Position numbers and translations under genes: made by a program
The notes under the pieces: generated by a model
What the model saw: only the letters and a program-made list of their open reading frames with translations
What the model was told of the DNA's origin: nothing
The model's database searches: none
Shown here: positions 9,728 through 19,065 of the stretch, in pieces
How the letters are laid out: each line of letters begins with the position of its first letter
Position numbering within the stretch: position 1 is the first letter of the stretch
IMG/VR virus record: IMGVR_UViG_3300028840_001540
Location: 1 to 31,436 of that record
Source of the DNA: a virus
Lineage: Duplodnaviria; Caudoviricetes
Length of the DNA stretch: 31,436 nucleotides
Reading direction: 5' to 3' (one strand)

Positions 9728-9804
9728 TGGAACTGACCAAGAGCAACGTGCAGCTCATTGGCTCGGAGTTGCAGAAGGGGCTGGCTGAGGAGGCCACCAA
9801 GTAA
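9727..9804 (+). pseudogene. 25-aa remnant of an HK97 gp10-like gene (C-terminus only)
   Basis: MELTKSNVQLIGSELQKGLAEEATK aligns with the C-terminus of 11572-11997; TGATG and TAATG overlaps with neighbours. Confidence 0.7.
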
Positions 9805-10244
9805 TGTCCATCAAGGCCGCATTGCACGAATACCTCGCGTCGAAAGCGTCCGTCACGAACCTTGTGCCGGCGGATCGGATCGTGCGAGGGAAGCGACCAG
9901 CTGGCACGCCGTTGCCGTGTGTGACTTACAGTCGCCCGAGCTGGGTAGATGACAATCACCAAGGCGGCTCATCCGGCAAGGTGATGAATCGCATTCAGTT
10001 GGACATCTGGGGCACAAGCGACGGACAAGTTGACACGATTCGAGCCGCCCTGCGAAACGTGCTACACGGCCTGCAGCACACGACGATCGGCACGGGCGAC
10101 AACGCGACGGCTGTCGAGTGCGGATTATGCGAGAACGCTACCGACTCGATCGAGTGGCCTGAGGACGGCACCGACCCGGCCCGGTTCTCGTGCTCGATCG
10201 ATTGGGTAGTTTACTACGAAACTGCAATTCCAGACTTCATGTAG
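9804..10244 (+). CDS. Tail terminator/completion protein (DUF3168-like)
   Basis: L..LV..RI....P....P.VTY, RIQLDIWG; position. Confidence 0.8.
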   Translation: MSIKAALHEYLASKASVTNLVPADRIVRGKRPAGTPLPCVTYSRPSWVDDNHQGGSSGKVMNRIQLDIWGTSDGQVDTIRAALRNVLHGLQHTTIGTGDNATAVECGLCENATDSIEWPEDGTDPARFSCSIDWVVYYETAIPDFM

Positions 10245-10253
10245 GAGGCTCTC

Positions 10254-10655
10254 ATGGGCTCGCTTCTGTCATCCGGAATCTCTGTAGCCTTCACTGGCGA
10301 CGACTCGGGTTCCATTACCGCTGAACTGCTCGACGTGCTTAAGGACGCCGAGAAGACCGATTCGATCGAAACGACGCACCAGGGCACATCGAACAGCCTG
10401 AAGGAATTCATGGCTGGCCTGACTGACCTGCAGTCGATCGCTCTGCTGCTGCACTTCGATCCGGACAACGTCAGGCCAGGCAACGGCGAATCCGGTTCGC
10501 TGGTTGTGACGCTCACCAATACCGGCATCACGCTCAACACGCTCACATTGACCGGCTTCTTCGAAGAGCTTGGCGACATGGACGCCAAGCTTGGCCAGAA
10601 GATGAGTGAGAACATGAAGTTCAAAATCAATACGGTGGCGTGGTCGACCGTGTGA
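10254..10655 (+). CDS. Major tail tube protein (short)
   Basis: IETTH, KEFMAGLTD, FDP, LTGF motifs; AGGAGG RBS. Confidence 0.8.
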   Translation: MGSLLSSGISVAFTGDDSGSITAELLDVLKDAEKTDSIETTHQGTSNSLKEFMAGLTDLQSIALLLHFDPDNVRPGNGESGSLVVTLTNTGITLNTLTLTGFFEELGDMDAKLGQKMSENMKFKINTVAWSTV

Positions 10656-10701
10656 TCGGAGAACGGGCGATCAGTACCTTCATTTTCTGAGAGCAACTGA
10701 C

Positions 10702-11229
10702 ATGGGATGCGAACAAAGCAACCGGCCGGAGGACACGGCCGAAGCTCGGGAGAACGGCTTGACTGCCGAAGACTTCGAAGAGAACACGCCTGTACGTGAA
10801 TGCCTCACGGAGGAGGATATCTTCGACGCTGAGGATTGCACCTATTTGGATAACTGGGTGCCGACGCCCGAATGGGGCGGCCCAGGAAAAGGCGTTTATG
10901 TCCTCACGCCGAGCGGGGAAGACCGAGAACGGTACGAGAAGTTGACAAAGACCCTGCGGGAGAAGCAGGGCCGTCGTACTGTGCGCGTCAAGGAGATGAA
11001 CTTCGACATGTTGCGTGAGCGCCTCATGGTCGATTTCGCCTGCAACGTGCAAGGTCAGCGCATCTTCACATTCAAAAACAAGGAAGAGCGGCGAGCGAAG
11101 ATCAGCCGGCTGAAGAAGAAAGCAGCAGCCCCCATTGGAAGAATTGGCGACCTGGTGTGTGATCTCATGGGCTGGTCGCAGCAAGACATCGACGACATGG
11201 TAAAAAACTCCGAGACCGACCGGAGCTAG
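10702..11229 (+). CDS. Tail assembly chaperone (gpG-like)
   Basis: VPTPEWGG...VYV, ends MVKNS at a slippery site; between tail tube and TMP. Confidence 0.85.
   Translation: MGCEQSNRPEDTAEARENGLTAEDFEENTPVRECLTEEDIFDAEDCTYLDNWVPTPEWGGPGKGVYVLTPSGEDRERYEKLTKTLREKQGRRTVRVKEMNFDMLRERLMVDFACNVQGQRIFTFKNKEERRAKISRLKKKAAAPIGRIGDLVCDLMGWSQQDIDDMVKNSETDRS
11202..11208 (+). other. Programmed -1 frameshift site A AAA AAC giving a gpGT-like fusion (10702-11687)
   Basis: GTA AAA AAC in frame; -1 frame is open and continuous with ORF 11307-11687. Confidence 0.85.
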
Positions 11230-11687
11230 GCACCTGGGGCAGGCTCGCCCTGGCGTGCCGTGAGCCTGATCTGCAGAGACTGCAACGGTCGGTACCGGCG
11301 AGAACGTTGACATTTTGGCAGGCGTGGGAGGAAGTGTTTGGGCCGATTGGCTACGGCCCACAAATGCGGCTGGCTGCTTGGCTCGGATGGACTCAGTGCG
11401 ATGGACAACAAGTCAGTGTCAGCGACGTGCTGGAGGTCATGCAGGCCTTCCTAGACGACCCATTCGGAGAAGTCGACGACAGTGAACCGCTGAGCGAGGA
11501 AGATGCTGAGCAGCGGTCCAAGCAACTCGGCAAGAAACTCATGTCGATGTTTAATCATCCAGAGCTAACAAATGATTCAGCTCGACGGTGCGAAGGAACT
11601 GGAAAAGAAGCTAAACACGCTTCCAGTGAAGCTCCAGAAAAAGCACGCACGCAAGGCGATCGCGAAGGCGGCGAGGCGAACCGTTAA
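11208..11687 (+). CDS. Tail chaperone frameshift extension (gpT-like)
   Basis: -1 frame LRDRPELGTWGRLALAC...FWQAWEEVFGPIG; no convincing start of its own. Confidence 0.75.
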   Translation, partial: LRDRPELGTWGRLALACREPDLQRLQRSVPARTLTFWQAWEEVFGPIGYGPQMRLAAWLGWTQCDGQQVSVSDVLEVMQAFLDDPFGEVDDSEPLSEEDAEQRSKQLGKKLMSMFNHPELTNDSARRCEGTGKEAKHASSEAPEKARTQGDREGGEANR

Positions 11688-11997
11688 GGCCGCGAAGAAG
11701 CGAGTGCCGAAACGCACCGGGCAACTGAAAAAGAGCCTTGGCTTCCGGCCCCGAACATACAAGACGGGCGTATTTGCGATCATCGGCCCTCGGAAGGGCT
11801 TTCGGACCGTGGACGAGGCAGGCCGGCCACATGATCCAGCGAAGATCGCCCACCTCGTGGAGATGGGGCATGGCGGTCCCTATCCTGCAGAGCCACACCC
11901 GTTCTTGCGACCAGCGTTTGATGAGACGGCGTCAAGCAATCTCGAGCTAATCGCAGAGGAGCTCCGCAAGGGAATCGAAGAGGAAGCCAGGAAGTAG
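11572..11997 (+). CDS. HK97 gp10-like tail component
   Basis: LDGAKELEKKL, VPKRTGQLKKS, AHLVEMGH, PHPFLRPAFD. Confidence 0.9.
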   Translation: MIQLDGAKELEKKLNTLPVKLQKKHARKAIAKAARRTVKAAKKRVPKRTGQLKKSLGFRPRTYKTGVFAIIGPRKGFRTVDEAGRPHDPAKIAHLVEMGHGGPYPAEPHPFLRPAFDETASSNLELIAEELRKGIEEEARK

Positions 11998-12000
11998 ATC

Positions 12001-13926
12001 ATGGTAATTGGCAAGCTCAATGTGCGGCTCGGACTGAATAGTCAGAGTTTCAATACGGGAATGCGTAGCTCGTCGCGCCGGATCCGCACTCTGAACGACC
12101 AGGTCCAGGCCACTTCGTCCTTCTTGCCGAAGCTCCAGAACGCCATCAAGGGCACGGCCGTTGCGATAACAGGGCTCGGAGTGGCTGCTGCTGGGGCCAC
12201 GTATGCAGGTATCCGTATCCTTCGGACTGAAATGGAGCGACTCGACAAGATCGGCAAGACCGCCCAGAAGCTGGGAATGTTGCCAGAGTCGCTCGTGGGT
12301 TTGCAGCACGCGGCAAGTCTTGCCGGGATCGAGCAAAACAAACTCGACATGGCAGTGCAACGAATGACGCGGCGAGTTGCCGAAGCGGCGAAGGGCACTG
12401 GCGAGGCCCAGGGAGCCCTGGCTGAATTGCGCCTTGACGCAGAGAGGCTTGCGAGTGCCACCCCAGATGTCGCGTTAATGCAGGTCGCAGATGCCATGGC
12501 TCGCGTAGAGAGCCAGAGCGACCGCGTGAGGCTCGCCTTCAAACTCTTCGACGCCGAGGGCGTGGATCTCGTGCGGATGATGGAGGGCGGCTCTCAGGCG
12601 ATCAGGCAGGCCATGCAGGACGCCGAGGAACTCGGCCTGACGTTCTCTCGGATTGACCATGCGAAAGTTGCAATGGCGAATGACGCCATGATGCGACTGG
12701 AGCAATCAACCGGCATGCTGAAGCTGGTCATGGCGACCGAGCTGGCGCCAGCGATCACCGTCATTGCGGACACGATGACCGAGTGGCTCACTGACACGAA
12801 CGCCAAAACGCGAGAGGCGGCGGGCGGGTTCTCGGGGATCGTCACCGCTGGGGCAGGGATCATTGACATGTTGCGTGAGATCCAAATCCATTGGACCGCA
12901 ACCCAAGCACTCGTCGTGCGTGGCTTCAAGGCGATTACGGATGGACTGGCAAAGCTCCCGTGGGGAGTTCGCAGGTTGATGATTCCGTTGGCGTTTGATG
13001 TGCCGAGCGACGAGATGTTAGCAGAGGTGTCTTCGGGACTGCAGGCCGAGTTCAACAACCTCAACAACACGGTGAACAACCTCCAATCGCAGGACTGGGG
13101 CCAGTCGTTCCTGGACAGGATCCAGGACACGAAGGACAAAATCAGAGAAGGGCTTGAAGGTCCGGCAGCCTCGGGTGGCCTGGCAGACCTGGACGCCCTG
13201 AACGAGCAGTCGCGGCGCATGCAGGAAATCCAACGTCGTGCCGAGTCGATGACGCAGGCGCTACGGACCCCCTTTGAGGTGCTCCAAGACCGCATCATTG
13301 ATGCAAACAAACTGTTGGACCTCGGAGCCATCTCGTGGCAGACGTATCAGCGAGAGGTTGCTGCAGCTCGCAAGGAGTTTGAGAGACTGCAATCTCTGAG
13401 CAGTGGCCCGAAGCTGATGGAGGAAGGGACGCAGGAGTTCTACGCGGCCATGGACCGCTGGAACGCGATGGGACAGCAGGGGCCACAACCTGACGCCGAC
13501 TTGGTTCGTGATCGCTCTCCGCAGGAAGAGGCGGTGTTTGCTGGCGGCGGCAGGCTCCCGACGAGCGACCCCTTCATGCCGACGTTGCCCGAGATGCCGA
13601 GGCTGGAACTCGGCATCCAGGAGCCGACACTCCCAAGGAACATGGACATCGGAGGGCCACCTGCAAACCAAATCGTGCAGGTCGTGCCGGTCCCGGTTTC
13701 GCAAGTGGCTCAGATTCCGCAACTCGGACGGAAGGAGGAACGCGGACAGCCCAAACCGACCAGGCCAGAAGGGGCGAAGGACAACCGCGAGATGCTGGCC
13801 ACACTGAGGCGGATGGACGCCAAGCTTGGGAAGATCGCAACCGAGACCGGCAGAACCACGGCCGCGTCCAAACGGACGGCAAGCGCCGTTGAGCAACTGG
13901 AAATGCCCGAAAGCATGGAGATGTAG
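12001..13926 (+). CDS. Tail tape measure protein (641 aa)
   Basis: IGKLNVRLGLN..F..GM start, Ala/Gln-rich helical sequence, position. Confidence 0.85.
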   Translation: MVIGKLNVRLGLNSQSFNTGMRSSSRRIRTLNDQVQATSSFLPKLQNAIKGTAVAITGLGVAAAGATYAGIRILRTEMERLDKIGKTAQKLGMLPESLVGLQHAASLAGIEQNKLDMAVQRMTRRVAEAAKGTGEAQGALAELRLDAERLASATPDVALMQVADAMARVESQSDRVRLAFKLFDAEGVDLVRMMEGGSQAIRQAMQDAEELGLTFSRIDHAKVAMANDAMMRLEQSTGMLKLVMATELAPAITVIADTMTEWLTDTNAKTREAAGGFSGIVTAGAGIIDMLREIQIHWTATQALVVRGFKAITDGLAKLPWGVRRLMIPLAFDVPSDEMLAEVSSGLQAEFNNLNNTVNNLQSQDWGQSFLDRIQDTKDKIREGLEGPAASGGLADLDALNEQSRRMQEIQRRAESMTQALRTPFEVLQDRIIDANKLLDLGAISWQTYQREVAAARKEFERLQSLSSGPKLMEEGTQEFYAAMDRWNAMGQQGPQPDADLVRDRSPQEEAVFAGGGRLPTSDPFMPTLPEMPRLELGIQEPTLPRNMDIGGPPANQIVQVVPVPVSQVAQIPQLGRKEERGQPKPTRPEGAKDNREMLATLRRMDAKLGKIATETGRTTAASKRTASAVEQLEMPESMEM

Positions 13927-13928
13927 CG

Positions 13929-14867
13929 TTGGCGATTGTCTGGGTACACGAAGCACTGCCAAGCGGAAGTGGGTCGGCAGACCACGAAACCGGCAACACC
14001 CACGTGCGCGTGTTCGATGTGCTCACCGACAGTTACGACGACAACGATATCACCGTGGCGTATGCTGTCGATCCGACAACAGGCCTCACGATTCCTGCAC
14101 CCTACAGCTACTACCAGAAGGGCAACGATACCGATTACGGCTCTGTCGTTACCAAGATCGTGCCAGAACGTGACGACGAGTGGCCGAAGCTGTGGCACGT
14201 GCGCGTGACCTACACGGTGGTGCGCGCGAACACGTCGAACGGGCAGTGGCCGGCGGGCACGCTCGATATCACGTTCCGACTGCCGAATATCCGCATCTGG
14301 GGAATTCCAACAACAGAAGTACTGAAGGAGGACATCCACGGAAACCCCGTCCTCAACTCGGCAGGACAGCTCTATCAGCCACGGCCGGAAGACATCTACT
14401 ACATCAAGGCGATCGAGATTACCAGTTGGATCCGCACCTATGACCTGGACGACTGGGAGCCGTACGAAGACAGCACGAACGCAGTCAAGTTGTGGGGGCG
14501 AGACCCAGGCACGCTACTGATGGTGGGACCTCCAAGTGGCACACGCAAAGTGGACAGCATCGGCACTTATTGGGAGATTAGAGGCGAGTTCCACTACAAC
14601 AAGAATGGGTGGAAGAAGCGTGTGCCTGATATGGGCACAGTGAAACTGGTAAATGCCAACGGCACGCAGCCATCAGCAAGCGATCCAGCGTCCGGAACAA
14701 TGCCGATCACTGACCAGGCCGGGCTCCGTGTATCAGAAGACGTGCCGTTGGATGGCAATGGCCAGCCGTTGGCTCATGGTCAACCGTGGGTGATCAAGGA
14801 ATGGGAAGTGAAGAAGCCGGCAGACTGGACAGCACTGAATATGCCGGAACTGAACATCGTATGGTAG
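13929..14867 (+). CDS. Tail-tip/distal tail structural protein (putative)
   Basis: 312 aa ORF directly after TMP; NSAG and VPLDGNG motifs; position only. Confidence 0.6.
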   Translation: MAIVWVHEALPSGSGSADHETGNTHVRVFDVLTDSYDDNDITVAYAVDPTTGLTIPAPYSYYQKGNDTDYGSVVTKIVPERDDEWPKLWHVRVTYTVVRANTSNGQWPAGTLDITFRLPNIRIWGIPTTEVLKEDIHGNPVLNSAGQLYQPRPEDIYYIKAIEITSWIRTYDLDDWEPYEDSTNAVKLWGRDPGTLLMVGPPSGTRKVDSIGTYWEIRGEFHYNKNGWKKRVPDMGTVKLVNANGTQPSASDPASGTMPITDQAGLRVSEDVPLDGNGQPLAHGQPWVIKEWEVKKPADWTALNMPELNIVW

Positions 14868-14877
14868 GAGTGACGCC

Positions 14878-15414
14878 ATGAGTAGCGTAATTCGCGATGC
14901 TGTTGACCGCGTCATGAGCGGTAGTTGGACGTTTACCGGCAGTGTTGTGCTGCCCGACGATTGCGTGAACGAAGACAATTTGACAGCCGCTGCACTGTTG
15001 CCGGCCGACAATTTGGTAGCGAGGTTTCCGGCTGTGGGCTGCAAGCAGGCGCCGGGGTCGGACGTGGTTGCTCAAACCGAGATCATCCACATTGCCAAGT
15101 ACGCGGGTATCGTCGCCAGCGTCGAGGCGGTGGCCGACACCGTGCCTGATGGCGCGAGCGTCGACAAGAAGGTGACGATCGACGTTCAGAAGTCGACGGG
15201 GGGGGCGGCTTGGGCATCGATTCTGACGGCCACTTTCGATATCGATGATGGCGAGACAGACAAGGTAGCTGTGGCCGGCACACTGGACGCTGCGAAAGAC
15301 GACTACTCCGCAGGCGATATCTTCAAGGTGGTCGTGACCGTGAGCGGGTCGACCGGCAATCAGGCACAGGGGTTGTGTGTCACCGTCTTCTTCGAGGAGC
15401 AACCAACGAGCTGA
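14878..15414 (+). CDS. Putative virion structural protein
   Basis: AGGAG RBS, beta-rich 178 aa, tail module. Confidence 0.6.
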   Translation: MSSVIRDAVDRVMSGSWTFTGSVVLPDDCVNEDNLTAAALLPADNLVARFPAVGCKQAPGSDVVAQTEIIHIAKYAGIVASVEAVADTVPDGASVDKKVTIDVQKSTGGAAWASILTATFDIDDGETDKVAVAGTLDAAKDDYSAGDIFKVVVTVSGSTGNQAQGLCVTVFFEEQPTS

Positions 15415-15983
15415 TGGGCGATCGCGGTGTAGCATTTGGCCACGAGACCGCCAGGCGGATCGTCGACAAGACCCGCCAGGATGAGGCTACGCCGACAGAT
15501 CGGACCGGCCAAGCGGCACGCCGAGACCTATTGCCGCGCGACTATCGCGAATTCGAGCTGGCTGAGGAGCTCAGTGGCGGCAAGGGCTCCACCGCCGCGG
15601 TGAAGTGGCTCTGGTGGCATGTTGATTCGGAGGACTTCATCGACTCGAGCGAGACAGGTGAGGTCTATGATCACACAGGCAACGCGTACGGGCTTGAGGG
15701 CGAGATTGGTGATGCGAGGTTCCTGGGCGGCAAGTGGGTGATCAATCGCAATCCTGGGCGGCCCGTTTACGATGTAACGGCATCTGGCGACATCAGCGCG
15801 GGGTCGTCGACTGGGGATTTCACCGCCACGATCGATGGAACATCGCGCACGGTCGAGGCGTCAATCCCGTCCGGAGCAATTCCGACCGGCAAGAAGATAG
15901 CCAGCGGAACAGCGGGCTTCGTAAGTAATTCAGGCGGGACCTTCCACCTTATCAGTTTGGCCGAGTGCCGGGATGACGCATGA
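15414..15983 (+). CDS. Hypothetical tail-module protein
   Basis: TGATG coupling, ATGA overlap with the next gene. Confidence 0.6.
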   Translation: MGDRGVAFGHETARRIVDKTRQDEATPTDRTGQAARRDLLPRDYREFELAEELSGGKGSTAAVKWLWWHVDSEDFIDSSETGEVYDHTGNAYGLEGEIGDARFLGGKWVINRNPGRPVYDVTASGDISAGSSTGDFTATIDGTSRTVEASIPSGAIPTGKKIASGTAGFVSNSGGTFHLISLAECRDDA

Positions 15984-16474
15984 GACTGTGGACGCCTCAC
16001 CTGTGGATCCCCCGCACATTTCTCGGCACAGAAATGGGGTTCGGCTGCTGCCCTGAGGGGTGCGAAGTGTTCGACGGCACCACGCCCAGCAGCATCACCG
16101 TGGTTGTGTCCGGCGAGACCGACATCTATTGCCCGTGCTCGGAATACAACGGCACGTATGAGTTGGATTACACAGCCGGGGGTGGCAGCTCAGGCGACAC
16201 CTGCTCGGTGGAGTACCAAAAGACATCGGGCCAACAGGTCACCGCGCAGTTTGCTGTGGACTTGGCCAACAGCAAGCGGAGAATCACCGTAGGCATGTAC
16301 CACAACAACAACTGTGGCGTGTATGGCTACTCGATGAGTTACTGGCTTGGCTCGGACAGCGGATGGGAATCTGGCACAGCCCCCTTTGAGATCGGCACGA
16401 CCTACAATCTGACGTACATCAACTCCTTGCCGGGCCGTTGTGGCGAAACTGGCCAGGCAGCCGTGACGCCATGA
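15980..16474 (+). CDS. Cys-rich hypothetical tail-tip protein
   Basis: GCCPEGC, CPCSEYNGTYEL; coupled to neighbours. Confidence 0.6.
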   Translation: MRLWTPHLWIPRTFLGTEMGFGCCPEGCEVFDGTTPSSITVVVSGETDIYCPCSEYNGTYELDYTAGGGSSGDTCSVEYQKTSGQQVTAQFAVDLANSKRRITVGMYHNNNCGVYGYSMSYWLGSDSGWESGTAPFEIGTTYNLTYINSLPGRCGETGQAAVTP

Positions 16475-16815
16475 GCGAATGCCTGTTCCGCGACCGCCAG
16501 CCTGATGGCCGGTGGGTCTGCTTCTATTGCCGTCGGCCGAGCCGCTACCCCACGGCGGAGCCACCGCAGCGGGACTGCCACCTCCCGATTCTCGTCGATC
16601 CGCCCTGCCCGTTCGAGCCTCTTGTCCGCCGCCTCACGCCCCACGGCGTGGCTCGTCTCAACGGGCGATGTCGGCAGAGTGAGTGTGGGCTCCTACGGGA
16701 GACCGAGGAGGGTGTAACCTGCACGGGCTGCGGACGGGTGTGTGAGCAACTGCGAGTGTGGGCCAATCTTCTCAACGGCGACCAGGAGTGCCCGTTCTGG
16801 CAGCCAGTTTCGTGA
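16471..16815 (+). CDS. Cys-rich small protein (putative metal-binding)
   Basis: CFYC, CRQSEC, CTGCGRVC, CPFW; ATGA overlap. Confidence 0.55.
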   Translation: MSECLFRDRQPDGRWVCFYCRRPSRYPTAEPPQRDCHLPILVDPPCPFEPLVRRLTPHGVARLNGRCRQSECGLLRETEEGVTCTGCGRVCEQLRVWANLLNGDQECPFWQPVS

Positions 16816-16823
16816 GAAATGAC

Positions 16824-17813
16824 CTACTCAAGGCCGGGTATCCTGATGGGCTCAACCACGAATATCGTTTTCGAGCCTCCCGTCACTGTGGCATAGGTCT
16901 GTGTCCCCGTCACCTCAAAGAGCCCGCTGAGAGCGATACCTCGCTGTTCTGCGAGGCCGCCGGTGGGAAGGCCACGCACAGCAAAACGCATCGGCGAGAA
17001 GTCCTGGTGGGACAGTTCCACGTGTAGTTCGTCTGGGCCAACTACCTGCAATATCCTGTAGGCCGCTCCAGTCCAGAAGTGGCCGATGAGTCCAACAGAG
17101 AGATTGCTGGAGTGAGCGGGTGGCATGCGTGCCCATCGATCCATAGCTACGTAGAAGTCCTGCGAGCCTTCTTCAATGAACCGTGCACCACCAGTCTGCA
17201 CACGCCCCGGCCCGGCTGGGACAAGTACCGTATGGCATGTGCCCTCCTTTGTGGCCGCCAAGCGTGCCTCCTCTTGCTCCAGGATCGTTGGAATCTCCGC
17301 GGACATGCGCTTCGCCCAGTCGCGAATAGACGCGATCATCTCTCGGGCCCCGGTTTTTCGCCTGCCAGGCCACTCAGGAAGTTCTGAGGGTGAGGCAACT
17401 CCTTTTGGGAGTTCCCACGGTGGATCGGTCTCGCCGTTCTGCAGCCGACGAATCTGGGACGTGGGACTGCGGGTGATCGCCCGCAGTTCCTTCTGCCCCT
17501 TCTTCAGTTCCTCAATGGCCAAGGAAATCTCGTCAACTTTTGCACGCTTACGCTCTTCGATCGTGCGCAGGTAATCGGCGTACCGCTTTCCCTGTTCGTG
17601 CTCGACTGCCCAACAGTGATCCTCGAAACGAAGCTTGCGCAGGGGAATCTGAACCTCCGAGCCATCGTGCTTCTTTAGAAGTGCTTCATCCCCATCGATT
17701 CTGACAAGCTCTGCCTCAACCGAGTGCTTTCCTGTGACATCCATCCACTCGCGAGCCTGGAGCGAGCAGGTCGCCGAACACGTCAGCAGCAAGACAGTGG
17801 CTGTGTGTCGCAT
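16824..17813 (-). CDS. Exported SHD1 (SLA1 homology domain 1) protein
   Basis: Signal peptide, then REWMDVTGKHSVEAELV..DG..ALLKK.DG..VQIPL.KL...D; GAAGGAG RBS before ATG 17813. Confidence 0.8.
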   Translation of the reverse strand: MRHTATVLLLTCSATCSLQAREWMDVTGKHSVEAELVRIDGDEALLKKHDGSEVQIPLRKLRFEDHCWAVEHEQGKRYADYLRTIEERKRAKVDEISLAIEELKKGQKELRAITRSPTSQIRRLQNGETDPPWELPKGVASPSELPEWPGRRKTGAREMIASIRDWAKRMSAEIPTILEQEEARLAATKEGTCHTVLVPAGPGRVQTGGARFIEEGSQDFYVAMDRWARMPPAHSSNLSVGLIGHFWTGAAYRILQVVGPDELHVELSHQDFSPMRFAVRGLPTGGLAEQRGIALSGLFEVTGTQTYATVTGGSKTIFVVEPIRIPGLE

Positions 17814-18117
17814 GTAGGACTCCTTCTGTCCAAATCCCCACGCGTGCGACCCTATTCCACACTCTCCTGCCCCTGGAACGTGCGGGCCTAATCTCACGCC
17901 TCGATTGTCGGGGACGCCGTACGGACTGTGTGAGGCCATCTATGTCTAACGCAGAGGTCTGTCACCATTTTTCTGGCGGGGTATTTGGCCGGAAAATCTT
18001 ACCACACTGTGGGCAAAGACTTGAATGTCCACCACGTGCATGGGTAGTTCTGTCATGCGGTTTGGGTCGAGTCCCTCGAAGTCATTTTCCATTTTACAGT
18101 TCCTGCCAAAAAAACGC

Positions 18118-18147
18118 TTGACAGGCTCTGATGAGGCGATATATGAT
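18118..18147 (+). promoter_or_regulatory. Sigma70-type promoter for the early region
   Basis: TTGACA(18118)-18nt-TATGAT(18142), A-tract upstream, in the divergent intergenic region. Confidence 0.6.
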
Positions 18148-18585
18148 TGCGTACGCTCATCGGGAGCCGTCGAGCGACTCAGCCTGATTCGATAGGCCCT
18201 CCATGGCACCCCGGTTTTCTCATGCGTCGAACAGCCTCCACAGATCACGGTTCCGTACTGCACAAACACACCTTGCGTCTCGGGGTGACAAAACAGTGAC
18301 AGGGTGTTTTGCCTGGTTTCACGCCCAAAGAAACCACTTTGGAAAATTCCCGAAAAAAACGCTACGCCACAGAGCGATACGCAGCGGCATGGAGCCGGAC
18401 GGGCCGTGCAATTCGGACAGGTAGGGCGAACGCACTTTCGCGAAATCATCGGGTACAAACAAAAAAACGAGGCCACCCGATGACACAAACAAGTACGACA
18501 CGAACCCACGCACAGCACCAGGCACGAAGCCTACCGGGTGGCCCCGATCCGCTGTGCGTGGGTTCTTTCATTGGAGGCCACGCCA

Positions 18586-18756
18586 ATGACCAAGGCAGAA
18601 CGAGCACGTTACGAACAGATCTACGCCCGCAAGGTAGAGAGCACGCCCCCGCCCCCCAGCAAGATCGCCATGAGCATGGTTCCCAGCTTGCGGACGAGCC
18701 ACACGACGATCGGGTGCGGCAAGTATCGCTGGAATCCCAAGGGCACGAGGGACTGA
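18586..18756 (+). CDS. Hypothetical protein (56 aa)
   Basis: GGAGG RBS, MTKAERARYEQIYARK...; stop abuts palindrome 1. Confidence 0.55.
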   Translation: MTKAERARYEQIYARKVESTPPPPSKIAMSMVPSLRTSHTTIGCGKYRWNPKGTRD

Positions 18757-18776
18757 CTTCGGAATTTCCGAAGTGG
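18754..18776 (-). repeat. 23-bp near-palindrome copy 1 (CCACTTCGGAAATTCCGAAGTCA, inverted)
   Basis: TGACTTCGGAATTTCCGAAGTGG, the reverse complement of copies 2-5. Confidence 0.9.
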
Positions 18777-18779
18777 ATA

Positions 18780-18889
18780 CGAATCGAATCGACACGATGC
18801 GAGTCGAGGCGACTCGATCCGAATCGATTCGAAGCGATGCGAAACGAAGCGAGGCGAGCCGAGTCGACTCGAAGCGAAACGAGACGAAA
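18780..18889 (+). repeat. CGA-NN pentamer array 1 (22 units); candidate guide ncRNA
   Basis: cgaat cgaat cgaca cgatg cgagt ... cgaag cgaaa cgaga cgaaa, then cgtct. Confidence 0.92.
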
Positions 18890-18938
18890 CGTCTTTTATG
18901 ATTCCAAGGTAGTCTGATGCCCATACCAATTCCCACCA
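18890..18938 (+). repeat. ~49-bp direct repeat, copy A (array 3' flank plus start of the MPIPIP gene)
   Basis: CGTCTTTTATGATTCCAAGGTAGTCTGATGCCCATACCAATTCCC near-identical to 19846-19895. Confidence 0.9.
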
Positions 18939-18943
18939 GGACC

Positions 18944-19038
18944 CGAGCCGATCCGAAACGACGCGATGCGAGTCGATGCGAATTGAAACGATGCGACACG
19001 ACTCGAGTCGAGCCGATGCGAAGCGAAACGAGACGAAA
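18944..19038 (+). repeat. CGA-NN pentamer array 2 (19 units); candidate guide ncRNA
   Basis: cgagc cgatc cgaaa cgacg ... one tgaaa ... cgaag cgaaa cgaga cgaaa, then cgttc. Confidence 0.92.
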
Positions 19039-19065
19039 CGTTCCCACCCCCCCAAAGGTAACACG

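Noticed and set aside
686-15435. Long minus-strand ORFs opposite structural genes (e.g. 2569-3717, 7447-8481)
   Set aside because: Antisense shadows of GC-rich coding sequence; no motifs
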